DNA from: Squalus acanthias | Taxonomy: Eukaryota | Assembly (NCBI GenBank): GCA_030390025.1 | Contig: CM059433.1 | Span: 31,002,001 to 31,066,000, forward strand | Length of the DNA: 64,000 bases | Direction of reading: 5' to 3' | Notes under the pieces: model-generated | Told to the model about the DNA's origin: nothing | Databases searched by the model: none | Seen by the model: the letters and a program-made list of their open reading frames with translations, nothing else | Part shown: positions 61,730 through 64,000 of the stretch, piece after piece | Numbering within the stretch: the first letter of the stretch is position 1 | Layout of the letters: every line of letters starts with the position of its first letter | Position numbers and translations under genes: made by a program

Positions 61730-64000
61730 AGCTCCTGCCATTGACCACTAGCCAGTGCCTCAAGCTTGGATGTGGAAGTACGTCAGTCTCAGCTGTAATA
61801 ACTCCATGGTACACGTGTGTGTGTGCTAGGCCATTGTAGCAGAGCCTGGTCTCCAATCATCTTGGATCCCCTTGCCATTGGACCAAGACCTTGCTCTGTC
61901 AAGCCCGTGTGGTAGCTGGTGTGCAACGGCCACCCCACGTTAAAAGAATTCATGCACAGGCATCTTCCACCCTTGAAAATGAAGTTCGGGACCTGGAACG
62001 TCAGGACCCTCATGGACAACCCCAACAGGGACAGACCGGAACGCCGTACTGCTATTGTTGCCCGGGAGCTCAGACGTTTCGACATAGACATCGCCGCCCT
62101 AAGCGAGACCCGGCGGGCAGGGGAAGGCCAGCTCAAGGAGCAAGGCGGTGGCTACACCTTCTTCTGGAAAGGCAAGCCTGAAGAAGAACGCCGCCTCCAT
62201 GGGGTAGGCTTCGCCATAAAAAGTGAGCTAGCTGAACGTCTCAGAGAGTTCCCTTGTGGAATAAACAACGCCTCATGACTCTACAGCTCACCCTAGCCCA
62301 GAACCAGTGCGCTACGGTCGTCAGTGCGTACGTCCCAACACTGGAAGCGACAGACGAGACCAAAGAGGAATTCTACTCCAGCCTCGAACAATCCCTGTCC
62401 CGAGTCCCAACGGGCGACAAGCTGATCCTCCTCGGCGACTTTAACGCCAGAGTTGGAAAGGACACAGACCTCTGGGGATGTGTGATCGGCAGAGAGGGGG
62501 TAGGGAAAGCCAACTCCAACAGTACCCTCCTCCTGACGAAATGCTCAGAACATGGACTTGTCATAACCAACACCTTGTTCCGTCAGAGAGACAAGTACAA
62601 GGCTTCATGGCAGCACCCTCGCTCCAAGCACTGGCATCTGCTGGACTACGTTATCGTCCGAGCGAGGGACCGCAAGGACGTCCGCATCACCCGCGCCATG
62701 ACAGGAGCTGACGACTGCTGGACAGACCACTGTCATCTCCATCAATGTAGCCCCAAAACAGCGGCGGCAACAGAAACAATGCTGCAGGAAAATCAATGCT
62801 GGAGCACTCAAAGACCCCACTAAGAAAGCCCTATTCAGCCTGCGCCTCAAACAACCTGGCGACTCTCAGTGATTCAGAGACATAGAGTATCCACAGCGCC
62901 TGGTCTGCACTCAAGGCCTCCATAATCAGCACCTGTGAAGAGACGCTCGGTCACTCGACCAGGAAACACCAAGACTGGTTCGACGAGAACGACCAGGAGA
63001 TCCAGGAGCTAATAAGCCGCAAGTGCAAGGCACTCCTGATCTGGAAACAGCAACACAACTCGAGAGCAAGAAAGCAGCTCTAAAGACGCCTGAAGGCCAA
63101 GGTCCAACAAAAAACTCGCGACCTTAAGAACAGATGGTGGGTGGAGAAAGTGCAGGAGATCCAACAGCTTGCCGACAACCACGACGTGCGTGGATTCTTT
63201 AGCGCAGTCAAGACCATCTACGGCTCAAGCACCCAAGGTCCTACCCCACTGCGGGCCAAGAACAGAGAGGTACTCATCAAGGACAGAGAGGCAGTCAGTG
63301 CCCACTGGAAGGAGCACTTCGAAGATCTCCTTAACCGAGACTCTGTCTTCGACGCGAGTGTCCTCAACTCCATTCCGCAGCATGCTACCTGCCACCATCT
63401 CAGCACAACCCCAGCCCGGCATGAGGTTGAAAAGGCCATCTGACAACTGAAGAACAACAAGGCCTCAGGAGCAGATGGAATCCCCACCGAGGCACTAAAG
63501 CATGGCGGAGAAGCACTACTGGTGCGAATTCATGGACTCATTTCTCTTATCTGGAAGGAGGAGAGCATGCCAGGGGATCTCAGAGATGCCGTAATTGTGA
63601 CCATCTTCAAGAAAGCTGACAAGTCCGATTGCGGTAATTACAGAGCAGTTTCCCTGCTGTGTGCCACAGGGAAAGTATTCGCAAGAATCCTCCTCAATCG
63701 TCTTCTCCCAGTGGCTGAAGAGCTCCTCCCAGAGTCGCAATGCGGATTCCGCCCACTAAGGGGCACAATGGACATGATCTTCACCGTGCGTCAATTACAA
63801 GAGAAATGCAGGGAACAGCACCAACCGCTGGACATGACCTTCTTTGATCTCACAAAGGCCTTCGACACTGTCAACCATGAGGGATTATGGAGTGTCCTCC
63901 TCAAATTCGGCTGCCCTCAAAAGTTTGTCACCATCCTCCGCCTGCTTCACGACAATATGCAAGCCGTGATCCTGACCAATGGTTCCACCACAGACCCAAT
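61730..64000 (+). mobile_element. RTE-clade LINE, 5' part (APE endonuclease and RT), running off the window
   Basis: MKFGTWNVRTL...DIAALSETR...GVGFAIK; SAYVPT; LLGDFNARVG; WHLLDYVIVR; TDH. 62888-64000 is highly similar to 20940 onward. Confidence 0.93.

Overview
Eukaryotic, repeat-dense intronic DNA, most likely from a cartilaginous fish (shark), judged from HE1/V-SINE-like and DeuSINE-like SINEs, abundant CR1/L2 LINEs and Penelope-like repeats. The only host gene I can support is on the minus strand: three consecutive EGF-repeat exons of eyes shut homolog (EYS) at 51438-51241, 49732-49611 and 5336-5215. Their GT-AG sites and phases join into one reading frame, with a ~44 kb intron between the last two. 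The introns are mostly transposable elements. These include a full-length decayed Gypsy element (both LTRs, tRNA-Ser PBS, PPT, 5-bp TSD) carrying a multi-level nest of other elements, two ~1.2-kb solo LTRs, RTE, CR1 and L2 LINEs, Harbinger and hAT-type MITEs, and a minisatellite. The most notable items are a Harbinger element with an almost intact 3-exon Myb/SANT-like gene but no intact transposase, minimal hammerhead-ribozyme motifs in Penelope-like repeats, and an EYS exon that appears absent from human EYS as I recall it. I do not see firm evidence for a wholly new biological system. Family names come from recalled motifs, not database searches, and TE boundaries without a stated TSD are approximate.
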